NCBI RefSeq assembly: GCF_001194135.2
Contig: NC_068991.1
Span: 70,317,136 to 70,376,577 of the forward strand
Origin: Octopus bimaculoides
Taxonomy: Eukaryota
Direction: 5' to 3'
Length of the DNA stretch: 59,442 nucleotides
How positions within the stretch are numbered: position 1 is the first letter of the stretch; each line of letters begins with the position of its first letter. Shown one piece after another: positions 22,506 through 36,455 of the stretch. The notes below the pieces were generated by a model. The model searched no databases. It saw only the letters and a program-made list of their open reading frames with translations, and was not told where the DNA came from. The position numbers were made by a program, and so were the translations under genes.

Positions 22506-22870
22506 AACAAGAGCACTCAGAGAGCGCAAACCTTCGCCAAGGCAACACCAACGTCCTCTCAACGATTAGCCAGAGATGATTTTTAAAATGAGAATATCTG
22601 AAATAAACTCGACTGCACTCACAAACGAGAATACTAAAAATGAACCCGACCGCTCTCAAAAATAAAGTAAAAACAAACTGGACAAATCATCCAGAATCCT
22701 TGTCTGGTACCGGATGGATCCCAAAATCTAATCAGTTCGTGCCAGTCATGAGGCTAAACATTCCTGAAAGTTATATCTGAATCCATCCAGCGGTTCTTGA
22801 CATATCTTGTCCACGTACAAACAAACAAAGACTGAAAACAATACATGCGCCTTCGATATGGTGGAGGTAG
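22506..22870 (+). mobile_element. Non-autonomous Helitron/Helentron (HINE/DINE-1-like) element
   Basis: Starts aacaagagcac..., has a 5' subterminal ccttcgcc and a 3' imperfect hairpin tacatgcgcc-ttcgatat-ggtggaggta, and lies within (AAT)n. Architecture recalled from mollusc HINE-type repeats. Confidence 0.5.
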
Positions 22871-22871
22871 C

Positions 22872-22934
<63 letters not shown>

Positions 22935-22936
<2 letters not shown>

Positions 22937-23147
22937 GGGTTTCAAATTTTGGCACAAAGCCAGCGAATTCGGGGAGACGCTAAATTGATTACACTGATTT
23001 CAATGTTTAACTAGTATTTATTTTATCGGCCTGAAAGGATGAAAGCAAGGCCAAACTCGGCGGAATTTGAACTCAGAATGTATAAAGTTGAAAGAAATGT
23101 TGCGATGCATTTTTTTCCGTTGTGCTAACGATTCTGCCAACAAGCTG
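22935..23147 (-). mobile_element. SINE family B, older copy
   Basis: gggtttcaaattttggcacaaagcc...gatgaaagcaaggccaaactcggcggaatttgaactcagaa...gctaacgattctgcca. Confidence 0.8.
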
Positions 23148-23162
23148 CTTTTGAACTAGAGA

Positions 23163-23197
23163 CTTACGACACAGCCACTCCTGCGCCTGTATGTATA

Positions 23198-23241
<44 letters not shown>

Positions 23242-23404
23242 GGTGTGTTTACGTCCCCGTCACTTAGCGGTTCGGCAAAAGTGACCGATGCAATAAGTAC
23301 TAGGCTTACAAAGAATAAGTCCTGGGATCGATTTGCTCGACTAAAGGCGGTGCTCCAGCATGGCCGCAGTCAAATGACTGAAACAAGTAAAAGAGTAAAA
23401 AGAG
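23163..23404 (+). mobile_element. Family A 3' half with an inverted 26-bp head fragment
   Basis: 23163-23188 is the reverse complement of the A 5' terminus (aggcgcaggagtggctgtgtcgtaag); then (TG)n; then the sense 3' half to gtaaaagag. Confidence 0.85.
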
Positions 23405-24019
23405 TATATAAACTCAAACAATTGTGTGCATATGTGTATGGATCGTGTATTTGTGCTTGTACATGTGTGTGTATATGCATGTCTAACTGTATGTCCGTAT
23501 GTTTGTGAATACGTGAATGCATCTGAATGTATGTGTATTCATGTGTAAGTCAGAATGCGTGACTGTCAGTATATATATGTGTTTAAGTGTGTGTGTGCAT
23601 GATCTATGCTACTATGTTTTTGTTTTGTTTCAGCGCATATGTGCGCGTATTGTGTGTGCAAGTGTATGTATGCGTGTGTGTGTATGTGTGTGTATGTGTG
23701 TGTGTATGTGTGTGTGTATGTGTGTGTGTGTCTGTAGGAACGCGTGTGCTCGCATGTGTGTGTGTCCGTCTGAATGTATGACTGTGTATGGGAGAGAGGT
23801 GAGTGAGTGTGCCTGACTTTGTGTATATATATATATATATATATATATGTCAGTGTTGTGATATGTGCGTGAGAAAAGGGAGAAAGAGAGAAGACTATCT
23901 GCTTGGACATATTCGTGTGTGTGTGTGTGTGTGTGTTTGTGTGTGTGCTTGTGTGTCGCAATAGCGACTGAAGCAGACGTCGTGGACAACTAATCAAAGC
24001 AAGCAAGACCCATTACATA

Positions 24020-26030
24020 GGCACCACAAGCTACCACCGCCGTCACCACTACCGCCACCACCACCACCACCAGCAAAACAATGACAATAACGACGACAAA
24101 ATAGATTTCATCCGCCACTCCTTTTACGACCACCACCATTACCACAATCGTCACTATCCACCGGTACTATCACCAATACCACAACATTCGGTATCACCGC
24201 ATCCTCCTCCTTCACCAACATCATCATCACCACGCCTTTGTACCACTACCACCACCACCACCACCACCAGTATCATTAATACCAGTATCACCCCCCTGTA
24301 CCACAATAATGGTCAGCGCCACCCCGCCATTTTCGCCACCGCCGGCCAACAGCAACAGCAACAGCGACAACGAGAAATATCCGGCTCATTATTGTTTCTC
24401 CGCCATCTCCATAGCCATAAGAGCTAGAACCACCACCACCACCGCCGCCACCACGAACAAGCACTATCGATAACAACAACAACAACAACATCACCAATCC
24501 TGTCGTTTCCTCTCTACCGCTAACACCAATTTGGCCGCCATTGCACTCACTGTTCTTCGATCATCACATAGACTCCCGCGCGCCCACATATGCGCGCGCA
24601 CCATTTCTCTACCACTGACAGCAACACTGGTGGTGGTAGCGGCGGCGGCAGTAGAAGCAGTGGTGGTGGTGATCGTGGTGACCGCAGTGGGGGTGAGGGC
24701 GTTGTTGGTGGTGGTGGTGGCGGTAGTTGCGGTGGTGATGGTAGATGTAGTAGCTTTGGTGACTGCTGTGGTGGTGGTGATTGTGGTGGTGGCTGTGGTG
24801 GTGGTAGTGGTGGTGNNNNNNNNNNNNNNNNNNNNNNNNNNNNNNNNNNNNNNNNNNNNNNNNNNNNNNNNNNNNNNNNNNNNNNNNNNNNNNNNNNNNN
24901 NNNNNNNNNNNNNNNNNNNNNNNNNNNNNNNNNNNNNNNNNNNNNNNNNNNNNNNNNNNNNNNNNNNNNNNNNNNNNNNNNNNNNNNNNNNNNNNNNNNN
25001 NNNNNNNNNNNNNNNNNNNNNNNNNNNNNNNNNNNNNNNNNNNNNNNNNNNNNNNNNNNNNNNNNNNNNNNNNNNNNNNNNNNNNNNNNNNNNNNNNNNN
25101 NNNNNNNNNNNNNNNNNNNNNNNNNNNNNNNNNNNNNNNNNNNNNNNNNNNNNNNNNNNNNNNNNNNNNNNNNNNNNNNNNNNNNNNNNNNNNNNNNNNN
25201 NNNNNAGTGGTGGTGGTGGCGGTAGTAGTAGCAGCGGCTGCGGTGGTGGTGGTGGTAGTGGTGATGGTAGTGGTGGTGGTGGCGGTGGTAGTAGCAGCGG
25301 CTGCGGTGGTGATGGTGGTGGTGGTGGTGGTGATGGTGGTTTTGGTTGGGTCGGTGACTGTGAAATCATGAATAGCTTTGGCGAACCAGCACAATGAAAG
25401 AGGAAGAGACCAAGTGTACATGCGGTAGCATCGGTTGTGGTATTTGGTGAGTGGTCTGGTACAAGTGATAGTAGCGGTGGTGGTGGTGGTTGGGGCAGCA
25501 TCTGTGGCAGTGATGGTGGAAGTAGTGATGGGTGTTGTGACAATGGGGATCATGCCGCTTGTTATAGTGGACATGATGATAGGAATAATGGTGGTAGTGG
25601 TAATTGTATATGAGGTGGTAAAGAAGGTTGCGAGAGGTGGTAGTAGGATGTTGGCGATGTAGTAGGTGGTGGTGGTGGTGGTGGTGATTGGAGTGTTGCT
25701 GATGGTGGTGGTGGTAGTGTTGGTGATAAAAGTGGTTGTGGTTGTGCTGTGGAGGTGATAATGATGGTGACAGTGGAAGGTGTGGTGGTAGTTGTGATGG
25801 CGGTAGTGTAGGTGGTGGAGGCTTTGTTTGTGGTGGTAATGGTAGAGTATTGTAGTTGTTGTGGTGGAGGTTGCGGCTGTTGTTAGGGGGAAGGTGGAGC
25901 TAGTTATGGTGATGGGGATAGAAGAAATGTCGTTGTTGTTACTGCTGCTGGGCGGGGTATGGTTGATGTGGTCATCGCGGTGATAGTTATGGTGGTAGTG
26001 CTTACTGTGACGATTAGGCATGATTACAGT
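24020..26030. repeat. GC-rich cryptic trinucleotide low-complexity region: (CAC/CCA)n switching to (GGT/GTG)n
   Basis: Directly visible. Includes a ~60-bp duplicated unit at 25207-25330 next to a gap. Confidence 0.9.
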
Positions 26031-26449
26031 TGAGATGGAGGAGGTGAGATATGGCGGTGCTTACGATGGCTACATAATGGCGATGTCGATATTTTACCAC
26101 AGGTAGATAATAATCCTTTTTTCCTATATGGACAAAGCCCGGAATTTGGTGGAATGGCGGAGGTGCTGTTCGATTGCATCCATACCAGTAACACTTTGGG
26201 TTGCAGAGTACACACACGGATAACGGTTACAAAGTTGGAAATGGAGCGGGCACTTATTAAACGAAGGTAAAAAAGATATACACAGACAAACATTACGATC
26301 ACTACACACGCACATATATGCATGCACACGCATACATGCGCGCGTACACAAACCCACACACACACACATTCAACTATGGAAGCTAATACATTGTTCTTGA
26401 AATGGTAATAAATAATTATCAGAGAAAAGTTATAAAAATTATTTGGCAT

Positions 26450-26822
26450 AGGCACGGGCGTGGCTGTGTGGTAACAAGTTTACTTCCCAACCACATGGTT
26501 CTGGGTTCAGTCCCACTGCGTGGAACCTTGGGCAAGTTTTCTACTTATAGTCTCGGGTCGACTAAAGCCTTGTGAGATGATTTGGCAGTCGGAAACTTAC
26601 AGAAACCTATCGTATGTATGTATGTATGTACGTATGTATGTATGTATGTATGTATGTATGTATGTTCGTGTGTGCATGTGTGTGTGTCTGTCTGTGTCTG
26701 TGTCTGTGTCTGTGTTTGTTCCCTATCACTGCTTGACGACCGGTGTTTGTGTGTTTATGTCACAGTAATCTAGTGGTTCGGCAAAGGAGACTGATAGAAT
26801 AAATATCAGGCTTAAAACAAGT
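26450..26822 (+). mobile_element. SINE family A variant (gcgtggctgtgtgg head), internal (TATG)n/(TGTC)n
   Basis: Head, body and 3' part align to the other A copies; tail truncated. Confidence 0.88.
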
Positions 26823-27120
26823 CCGTACTGGATCGGTCTGTTTCGTTAAATCTTTGGTCCATTCCAGTAGCATATAAGGTTTTGTATGCGCAGATGTTAC
26901 TAGGTACTCGCTCAACCCTTCCCAATTCCTGAACAGAAAAATGCTATGTGTGTTCTGTTCCGGCTTCTTCTTACAGCGAAACCTAAACGATACATGGATT
27001 CAGAGCGAGAAGGACTGAACTTCTTATATGGTTTGACTGTTATCGACCCCCCGAAAGCCTGAAAAAGCTGTTTCCGGTGTAATATCAACGAAGGGGTCAG
27101 CAAGTTGGCCACGTACGAAA

Positions 27121-27350
27121 GTTTCAAATTTTAGCACAAAACGGGCAGATTTTGTGCTAAAAGTAACTTACATCAACTAAACTGATACTTATTTTACCGA
27201 CCCCCAAGAAGATGAAAGGCAAATTCGACAGAAGGGATGAAAGACAAAATCGACCATTTGGGAATCTGAGCTCAGGACGTAAAGACGGACGAAATGTCGC
27301 TAAGAATTTTGTCCGGCATATTAAAGGTTCTGCCACCTCACCGCCTTAGC
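27121..27350 (-). mobile_element. SINE family B with a perfect local hairpin and a small internal duplication
   Basis: B head gttctgccacctcaccgcctt and core; ttttagcacaaaa-8nt-ttttgtgctaaaa at 27129-27162. Confidence 0.8.
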
Positions 27351-27964
27351 TGGCCACTTGTAATAATAATATATATTAATCAGAATTTATTACGGAAGGC
27401 CGGCACGACAAATAGAAAATATTTCGAAACTAATCGCTTATCTGACCAAACTATTTTCCACCATATTTCTCCTTCGTCTCATTTTTTTGCTGTTAATTCC
27501 TCTTCAATTCCTTCAATTCTCCAATCGTTAACATTTTATTTGTAACGCTTTTTAGATTCCACGTCGGTTCGACATCTAGAGCGATGAGAAGGCTTTGAAG
27601 ATGATGGTTTGTAATGGTTTTATCTTCCAAAACACCGTTCCCTCAAAGGTATGCCTATATACACGAGCGCATAGATTTTGTAGCCAGCACACAAAATAAA
27701 AAATGTAATGTAATATAAAATAAATGACGAATTAATATGCACAGAAAAATTTAGTTACCCAAAGTAATACATAATAATTAATAGTTATACTTATTTAATG
27801 TTTGCATTTACACAATTATCTATGGTGCACATATTTTTGTCGAAATAGAAAAAAAAAAAATCTGAAATAAAAAAAACGGCACAAGATTTTCACACGCACT
27901 GAAAAATTGCAGAGACATTAATACGCAATAGATTGCTAAAGAACCAATGAGAATGAATACTAAA

Positions 27965-28049
<85 letters not shown>

Positions 28050-28519
28050 ATAACTGTTATTATTGCATGGACGTTTTATTGAATGATAAAAAAAAAACTC
28101 AGATCAAACATTTGAACAGAGTGTATAAGGTTGTGGGACAAGTTTAGGAGGGTAAAAATGTGGTTAAATCGAAACGGAAGAGTTTATCTTGAAAATCTAT
28201 CTTTACAGCAGTAGAGCAAAGATTATCTTTGAAAAGCATCTTTGCTGCAAACACCAGCAAGGCAAAACAAACACGAATAGGAATACAGAAGGGAAGATTG
28301 TAACATAAAAATAATAATTTCTTATATTGACTCTTAGGTATATATTTTGAGAGAGGAGAGGGACCAATTAAATTGACCATAATATTCGAATTCTATAAAT
28401 GTTATCGCTCTTGGAAGGGAGGATGAAAGGCGCTAAATAAAAGCCGCAAATAAATAACACAAATCGCTTTTATTGGCTTCCTGTCCTTCGGTTATTTACT
28501 AAAACGCTGACTCTAAAAA

Positions 28520-28690
28520 TTTCTTACATTGGCACAAAGCGAAAATTTAGTAGGAGGGGTTAGTCAAAGATCTTTAGAAGGATAAAAAAGTAATGCAAGT
28601 ATGAACACAGAACAAGGAACATCAGAACAACTGTCACGTGGTATTTTGTCCGATACTTTAACGATTCTGCCATTCTGCTGCTCTTAGCAA
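28520..28690 (-). mobile_element. Degenerate, internally deleted family B copy
   Basis: ttggcacaaagcgaaaatttagtaggagggg...ttttgtccgatactttaacgattctgccattctgctgc. Confidence 0.6.
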
Positions 28691-28857
28691 TAGTAACTTT
28701 TACCGAGAGAAAACCGCCTGGAGGGCTGTGTTTCTGCTACGACAAATAATAATCCTTCAATAAAATCACCGTAACATTTACTTCACCAACCCACCCCTCT
28801 CCAGCAAGCATCATCAGCAGCACAATCATCATCATTCTCACTTATTCAAGAAATATA

Positions 28858-29072
28858 TCCCTTTCTACTCTAGGCACAAGGCCCGAAATTTTGAAGGAGG
28901 GGCCAGTCGATTAGATCGACCCTAGTATTCAACTGGTACTTAATTTATCGACCCCGAAAAGAAGAAAAGCTAAGTCGACCTCGGTGGAATTTGAACTCAG
29001 AACGTTTAGACAGACGAAATACCGCTAAGTGTTTCACCCGGCGTGCTAACGTATCTGCCAGCTCGCCATCTT
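28858..29072 (-). mobile_element. SINE family B, young full-length copy
   Basis: Near-identical to 48740-48952. Confidence 0.95.
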
Positions 29073-29645
29073 GTGTTCCGTTAATATTGTGAACAAAATT
29101 CTGATTCAAAAAGTATATACACGTGTATATATNNNNNNNNNNNNNNNNNNNNNNNNNNNNNNNNNNNNNNNNNNNNNNNNNNNNNNNNNNNNNNNNNNNN
29201 NNNNNNNNNNNNNNNNNNNNNNNNNNNNNNNNNNNNNNNNNNNNNNNNNNNNNNNNNNNNNNNNNNNNNNNNNNNNNNNNNNNNNNNNNNNNNNNNNNNN
29301 NNNNNNNNNNNNNNNNNNNNNNNNNNNNNNNNNNNNNNNNNNNNNNNNNNNNNNNNNNNNNNNNNNNNNNNNNNNNNNNNNNNNNNNNNNNNNNNNNNNN
29401 NNNNNNNNNNNNNNNNNNNNNNNNNNNNNNNNNNNNNNNNNNNNNNNNNNNNNNNNNNNNNNNNNNNNNNNNNNNNNNNNNNNNNNNNNNNNNNNNNNNN
29501 NNNNNNNNNNNNNNNNNNNNNNNNNNNNNNNNNNNNNNNNNNNNNNNNNNNNNNNNNNNNNNNNNNNNNNNNNNNNNNNNNNNNNNNNNNNNNNNNNNNN
29601 NNNNNNNNNNNNNNNNNNNNNNNNNNNNNNNNNNNNNNNNNNNTC

Positions 29646-29681
<36 letters not shown>

Positions 29682-29751
29682 GAGAATTCACGAAAAAACA
29701 ACAGACGAAGACAGGTGGTGTAAACAACAAATGGATATATATATATATATA

Positions 29752-29906
29752 CGACGGGCTTCTTTCAGTTTCTGTCTACCAAATTCACTCACAAGGAATC
29801 GGTCGGCCCGAGGTTATAGTAGAAGACACTTGCCCAAGGTGCCACGCAGTGGGACTGAACCCGGAACCATGTGGTTCGTAAGCAAACTACTTACCACACA
29901 GCCACT
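29752..29906 (-). mobile_element. Family A 5' half
   Basis: cgacgggcttctttcagtttctgtctacc...gtgggactgaacccggaaccatgtgg...ttaccacacagccac. Confidence 0.9.
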
Positions 29907-30360
29907 GTCCATCATAATTGGCATCTCTCGGTATTAAGAACTCGATTCCATTGAAAATTTCTCTGTTCTGTGCTGGTTGTACAAAAACCTATTTTTGACC
30001 TCAAAGAACAAGCGCTATAGTTGCGTGCGTGTGTGTATGAATGTTTAGCTGGGTACGTGGGAGGGAAAGGGAGAGGAAGGGAAAGAGAGAGAAAGTGATG
30101 GTGGTGGTAGTAGTAGTAGTGTTTGGCGTGTTTGTTTTTTGTTTTTTTTTTGTAGTTTGGTCAGTGGTGTGATGTGGTGATAGAGGAAGATCTTAGAGAA
30201 CTACCAGTGAAACGGTGCTGTTGTTGTGGATGGAATTTAATGGTCTCTTGTGGGATTAATGTTTAATATAAGCGGTGTTGGAGGTGGTGTTTGGAGTGGT
30301 AGTGCTGGTGATAGTGGGTGTAATGGTGAAGCGATATTTTTTATAGATAAGTGAGAACGG

Positions 30361-30430
<70 letters not shown>

Positions 30431-30662
30431 GGTGATGATGGTGATTGTGATTGTAGTGTTAGTGGTGGGGAGTGAACGTAGTGGTGATTTTGCTGTGTGG
30501 TGCTGTGTTTGTGATGGTGGTGGCGGTGGCAGCGAAGTAATGGTGTTGGTGGGGGAGGGCGGTTGTGATGATGGTAGTGGTGGGGAGATTGTTGTTATGC
30601 TAGTTGTGATTGTGATGGTAATGATGATGATGATGATGATGATGATGGGAGTGGTAGCTTTG

Positions 30663-30720
<58 letters not shown>

Positions 30721-30870
30721 CGGTAACGATTATAACGGTGATTGTGGTGATTGTGATAGTACTAGTAGTGGTGATGATGGTGGCGGTGGCGGTGGTGGCG
30801 GTGGTGGTGAGGGTGCTGTAGTGATCGGGGCATTACTGGTGGTGGTGGTGGTGGTGGTGGTGGTGGTGAT
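30361..30870. repeat. Compound (GAT)n/(GTA)n/(GGT)n trinucleotide region
   Basis: Directly visible; gives the poly-Met/poly-Val ORF. Confidence 0.95.
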
Positions 30871-31743
30871 AATGATTGTAATGTTGGGTGGGGATCTATG
30901 TTATTTCTATTGACCATTTATCATTGATTTTTATGTTTTATTGATCTGTTTATCCTTTTAACTGGTCACTTCGCATTGGCCTTATTTTGTATATATACAT
31001 CTTTTTTTTATTTTATCATAATTTTTTCTTCATCTTTTTCTTATTTTTTACATTGTGATTAGTCAGTTTTTATGTCAGTTCATATTCGGTCAACGTTTTT
31101 AATAGAGGTCAGTTCATATATTGGTCAGTAGTTTTGGGAATGATTCCCATTAATGATATATTTAGATATATTTTAAATTCCCTGTTTCATTTTTTATTTG
31201 TATAATGTCTCCCTTGGATAATTAATATTTCCGTTTTAAAATATTCTGTTGCTTACAATTAGTTAAGTTCAAGCGTTTGGACGGATGGGCTTGTATACCG
31301 TGGGGAAAATTGGAATCTAAGGTTTGGGGAATGATCTTTCGTTTAAGTGCGAGAGATGAAAAAACAAAAATATTGTTTTCTAGTGGTATTTATTTTGGAG
31401 TTAGTTTCGCAGGAATTCTGGTCTCAAGTCGTGTGCTGAGACTAATTTAGTTATATTTTGGAAGAGTCATATCGTCAGAGACTGTAAACACGCTCACCGG
31501 TTCACCGGTTGCTATTTGTATGGAAGACAACAAGGGATAATGTAGCGAAAACGAAATGTTGAGAAAAGAGGTTGAATAAGGACAAACAATAACCAGTGAA
31601 TGGGCGTAAAGGCTTCGGTAATATGACTTTTCGAAAATGTAACAATATTTATGGTTATTTATGTTTAATATAACGTATATCTTTGTTATCTAACGTAGAA
31701 ACGGATCAGCAAATTGGCCAAGTTATCATATATATGTATGCGC

Positions 31744-31787
<44 letters not shown>

Positions 31788-32669
31788 NNNNNNNNNNNNN
31801 NNNNNNNNNNNNNNNNNNNNNNNNNNNNNNNNNNNNNNNNNNNNNNNNNNNNNNNNNNNNNNNNNNNNNNNNNNNNNNNNNNNNNNNNNNNNNNNNNNNN
31901 NNNNNNNNNNNNNNNNNNNNNNNNNNNNNNNNNNNNNNNNNNNNNNNNNNNNNNNNNNNNNNNNNNNNNNNNNNNNNNNNNNNNNNNNNNNNNNNNNNNN
32001 NNNNNNNNNNNNNNNNNNNNNNNNNNNNNNNNNNNNNNNNNNNNNNNNNNNNNNNNNNNNNNNNNNNNNNNNNNNNNNNNNNNNNNNNNNNNNNNNNNNN
32101 NNNNNNNNNNNNNNNNNNNNNNNNNNNNNNNNNNNNNNNNNNNNNNNNNNNNNNNNNNNNNNNNNNNNNNNNNNNNNNNNNNNNNNNNNNNNNNNNNNNN
32201 NNNNNNNNNNNNNNNNNNNNNNNNNNNNNNNNNNNNNNNNNNNNNNNNNNNNNNNNNNNNNNNNNNNNNNNNNNNNNNNNNNNNNNNNNNNNNNNNNNNN
32301 NNNNNNNNNNNNNNNNNNNNNNNNNNNNNNNNNNNNNNNNNNNNNNNNNNNNNNNNNNNNNNNNNNNNNNNNNNNNNNNNNNNNNNNNNNNNNNNNNNNN
32401 NNNNNNNNNNNNNNNNNNNNNNNNNNNNNNNNNNNNNNNNNNNNNNNNNNNNNNNNNNNNNNNNNNNNNNNNNNNNNNNNNNNNNNNNNNNNNNNNNNNN
32501 NNNNNNNNNNNNNNNNNNNNNNNNNNNNNNNNNNNNNNNNNNNNNNNNNNNNNNNNNNNNNNNNNNNNNNNNNNNNNNNNNNNNNNNNNNNNNNNNNNNN
32601 NCCTCCAACCAGGCTTTCGTGATACGCTGAAAACCAGAAACTTCTGTATCCCTCGTATTAACATATATA

Positions 32670-32806
32670 TATTCTTTTATTCTTTTACTTGCTTCAGTCG
32701 TTTGACTGCGGCCATGCTGTAGCACCGCCTTTAGTTGAGCAAATTGACCCGAGGACTTATTCTCTGTAAGCCTAGTACTTATTCTATCAGTTTCTTTTGC
32801 CGAACT
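32670..32806 (-). mobile_element. Family A 3' fragment
   Basis: tattcttttacttgcttcagtcgtttgactgcggccatgctgtagcaccgcc...ttttgccgaac. Confidence 0.88.
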
Positions 32807-32807
32807 G

Positions 32808-33745
<938 letters not shown>

Positions 33746-34191
33746 CCCTTGGTCATTGCTAATCCCGCTCTCTAATGATCAAACACATTCCAACTTCGGA
33801 GAGGTCATCCGATTCGGCGCTACGGAGCACCCTGAACTACATCACTCTAAGACGGCAACGTGTGATCAGAGTGAGACTTGCTGCTATTTGTAGCAGGTCA
33901 ATAAAACGTCTAGAGTCATGTCGTTATATCAGCCATGAACATTACTATATTTTTTGAGAGCTTTTCCTTTGTATTTTTACAATTCTTATTTAGATATCAC
34001 CGGAGGTTTTTTTTTTTTTTTTTTTGTAGCTATGGTTACTCCTACTGTTATCGTCATGTATATGGCTGTGTTGTCCATCATGCCATTATAGCCATTGTTT
34101 AGGCAATACACTTCCTGTCGTTTTTGTTGCTATGACTTTCACAACTAATTCTGTGGTTACCCTTCTCGTTATATTACCTATACCCTTTACC

Positions 34192-34388
34192 AAGGCGGCG
34201 AGCTGGCAGAATCATTAGAACGCCGAGCGAAGTGCTTAGCAGTATTTCGTCTGTAGATATTTTCTGAGTTCAAATTCTGCCGAGATCGATTTTGCCTAAA
34301 ATTTTTTGGGCTCGATAAATTAAGTACCAGTTGCTTACTTGAGTCGTCTGGCCCCCTCCTCCAAAATTTGTGCCTAAATTAGAAAGGT
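34192..34388 (+). mobile_element. SINE family B
   Basis: aaggcggcgagctggcagaatcattagaacgcc...ctgagttcaaattctgccgag...ataaattaagtaccagttgc. Confidence 0.9.
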
Positions 34389-34785
34389 TTATTAATATTA
34401 ACATTAACGCGATAGATTGTTAAAATTCTTAGAACTCCGGAAAGAATAACTAATAATATTTCTTCCAACTCCTTAGATTTCAAATTTAAAATCTCGAGGT
34501 GTCAACTTCGCCCCTCATCCTTCTGAAATCGGTAAAATGCCGTATAGTTAAGCAGCTGGGTTCTCTTAATATTTTGCATGTCCAAATTATATTCTTAAGC
34601 TTGTCCTGAACTTCCATGCTTCTTTTCAGACTTTAGTTTAGTTTTTATTTTTCATAAGTTCTGAATTGTTTAAGGCTTTTCTTTCATAAGACCAAAATTC
34701 CACTTGTGTTTGAAAAGACTTTGGGAATGTGTATCATATACGATACATGGACACCAGGGAAATATGTCCTGTCTATCACATGTGA

Positions 34786-35169
34786 AGTAGAGGCGAAATG
34801 GCCCAGTGGTTAGGGCAGCGGACTCGCGGTCATAGGATCGCGGTTTCGATTCCCAGACCGGGCGTTAGGAGTGTTTATTGAGCGAAAACACCTAAAAGCT
34901 CCACGAGGCTCCGACAGGGGCTGGTAGCGAACCCTACTGTACTCTTTCACCACAACTTTCTCTCACTCTTACTTCCTGTTTCTGTTGTGTCCGTAATTCA
35001 AAGGGTCAGCCTTGTCACACTGTGTCACGCTGAATATCCCCGAGAACTACGTTAAGGGTACACGTGTCTGTGGAGTGCTCAGCCACTTGCACGTTAATTT
35101 CACGAGCAGGCTGTTCCGTTGATCGGATCAACTGGAACCCTCGACGTCGTAAGCGACGGAGTGCCAACA
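34786..35169 (+). mobile_element. SINE family C, full-length, 11-bp TSD
   Basis: TSD atcacatgtga at 34775-34785 and 35170-35180; highly similar to 9839-10239. Confidence 0.95.
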
Positions 35170-35499
35170 ATCACATGTGATGCTGTTGTGGTGATAGATA
35201 TTAACAACCCTGTGTGATTAAGAGGTGAACTTATCGAGGTGAACTCTTATAAAGACTAACGTGTCTCGTCGAGACGAGAAGAAGGCGTTGAAATCTCGCG
35301 TGTTGGTAGTCGAAAGTTACGTGTGTGAAATACACTGCTTTACCCCCACTTCGTTAAAATCATCCATCCGCAACCAAGGATATAAAAGGTACAAAGAACA
35401 GATCAAGGATTAATCGATTGCTTTTACACCCAAATTTCTGGTCATGTGGTCAAGTTAGAAACAATTATTAATATCCAACCGGCAAAGAAAATGAGGATG

Positions 35500-36337
35500 G
35501 AAGTAGAGATTATGTTGTCAGTTGGATTTATTAAAAGATTTTTGCAACAGTTCGTAAGTTTCCTATTACAGTCGGAATGATGAGAAATTTAAGGCAAATC
35601 GACATTCTTTGAAATTCGTATTTTAGGTTCTGTAATGTTTCGGTTTTCCCATATTCTTCACTTCTAGTCTTCCGCCAAGAAGGCAAGTAACATCGATTAT
35701 GCATCAGACTGTTTCTTCTGTATTGAATACAACAATATTTGGACGCAAGTATTCTATATGAAGTTTTGTATCCCATAGTAACTCTATATGGTCATTTTCA
35801 AGGTTGCGCTCTGTTATATTGCTATACAATTTTCCATAAGTTCAAATCTATATTTTATACAGATTTGCTAATGTATGATTGAAGCAGTATTGTCTTGTTT
35901 CCAGTTCATATGAACCCTCTGAGCAATTGTTTTACCCAGAGACTACATTCATAACCATATGTTCTCTTCTCCAATACGTTCTACATTCAAACAAGATGTC
36001 TGCCTCATCTACGTCCTTCCTGTTGATCTTGCGCAACTTGTTTTAAGCCTTCTTTCTCTTCCTTTAACATTCTCTTCTTCAGTTTTTGAATTGCTTCCGA
36101 TCTCGATACCCTTCAATACTTACTCTTTACTCTTTTACTCTTTTACTTGTTTCAGTCATTTGACTGCGGCCATGCTGGAGCACCGCCTTTAGTCGAGCAA
36201 ATCGATGCCCAGGACTTATTCTTTGTAAGCCTAGTACTTATTCTATCGCTCTCTTTTTGCCAAACCGCTAAGTTACGGGGACGTAAACAAACCAGCATCG
36301 GTTGTCAAGCGATGTTGGGGGGACAAACACACACACA

Positions 36338-36383
<46 letters not shown>

Positions 36384-36422
36384 NNNNNNNNNNNNNNNNN
36401 NNNNNNNNNNNNNNNNNNNNNC

Positions 36423-36455
<33 letters not shown>

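Noticed and set aside
24491-26021. Thr/Pro/Gly-rich mucin-like ORFs up to 470 aa
   Set aside because: Trinucleotide low-complexity DNA with an internal gap, open in many frames, with no domain or splice support.
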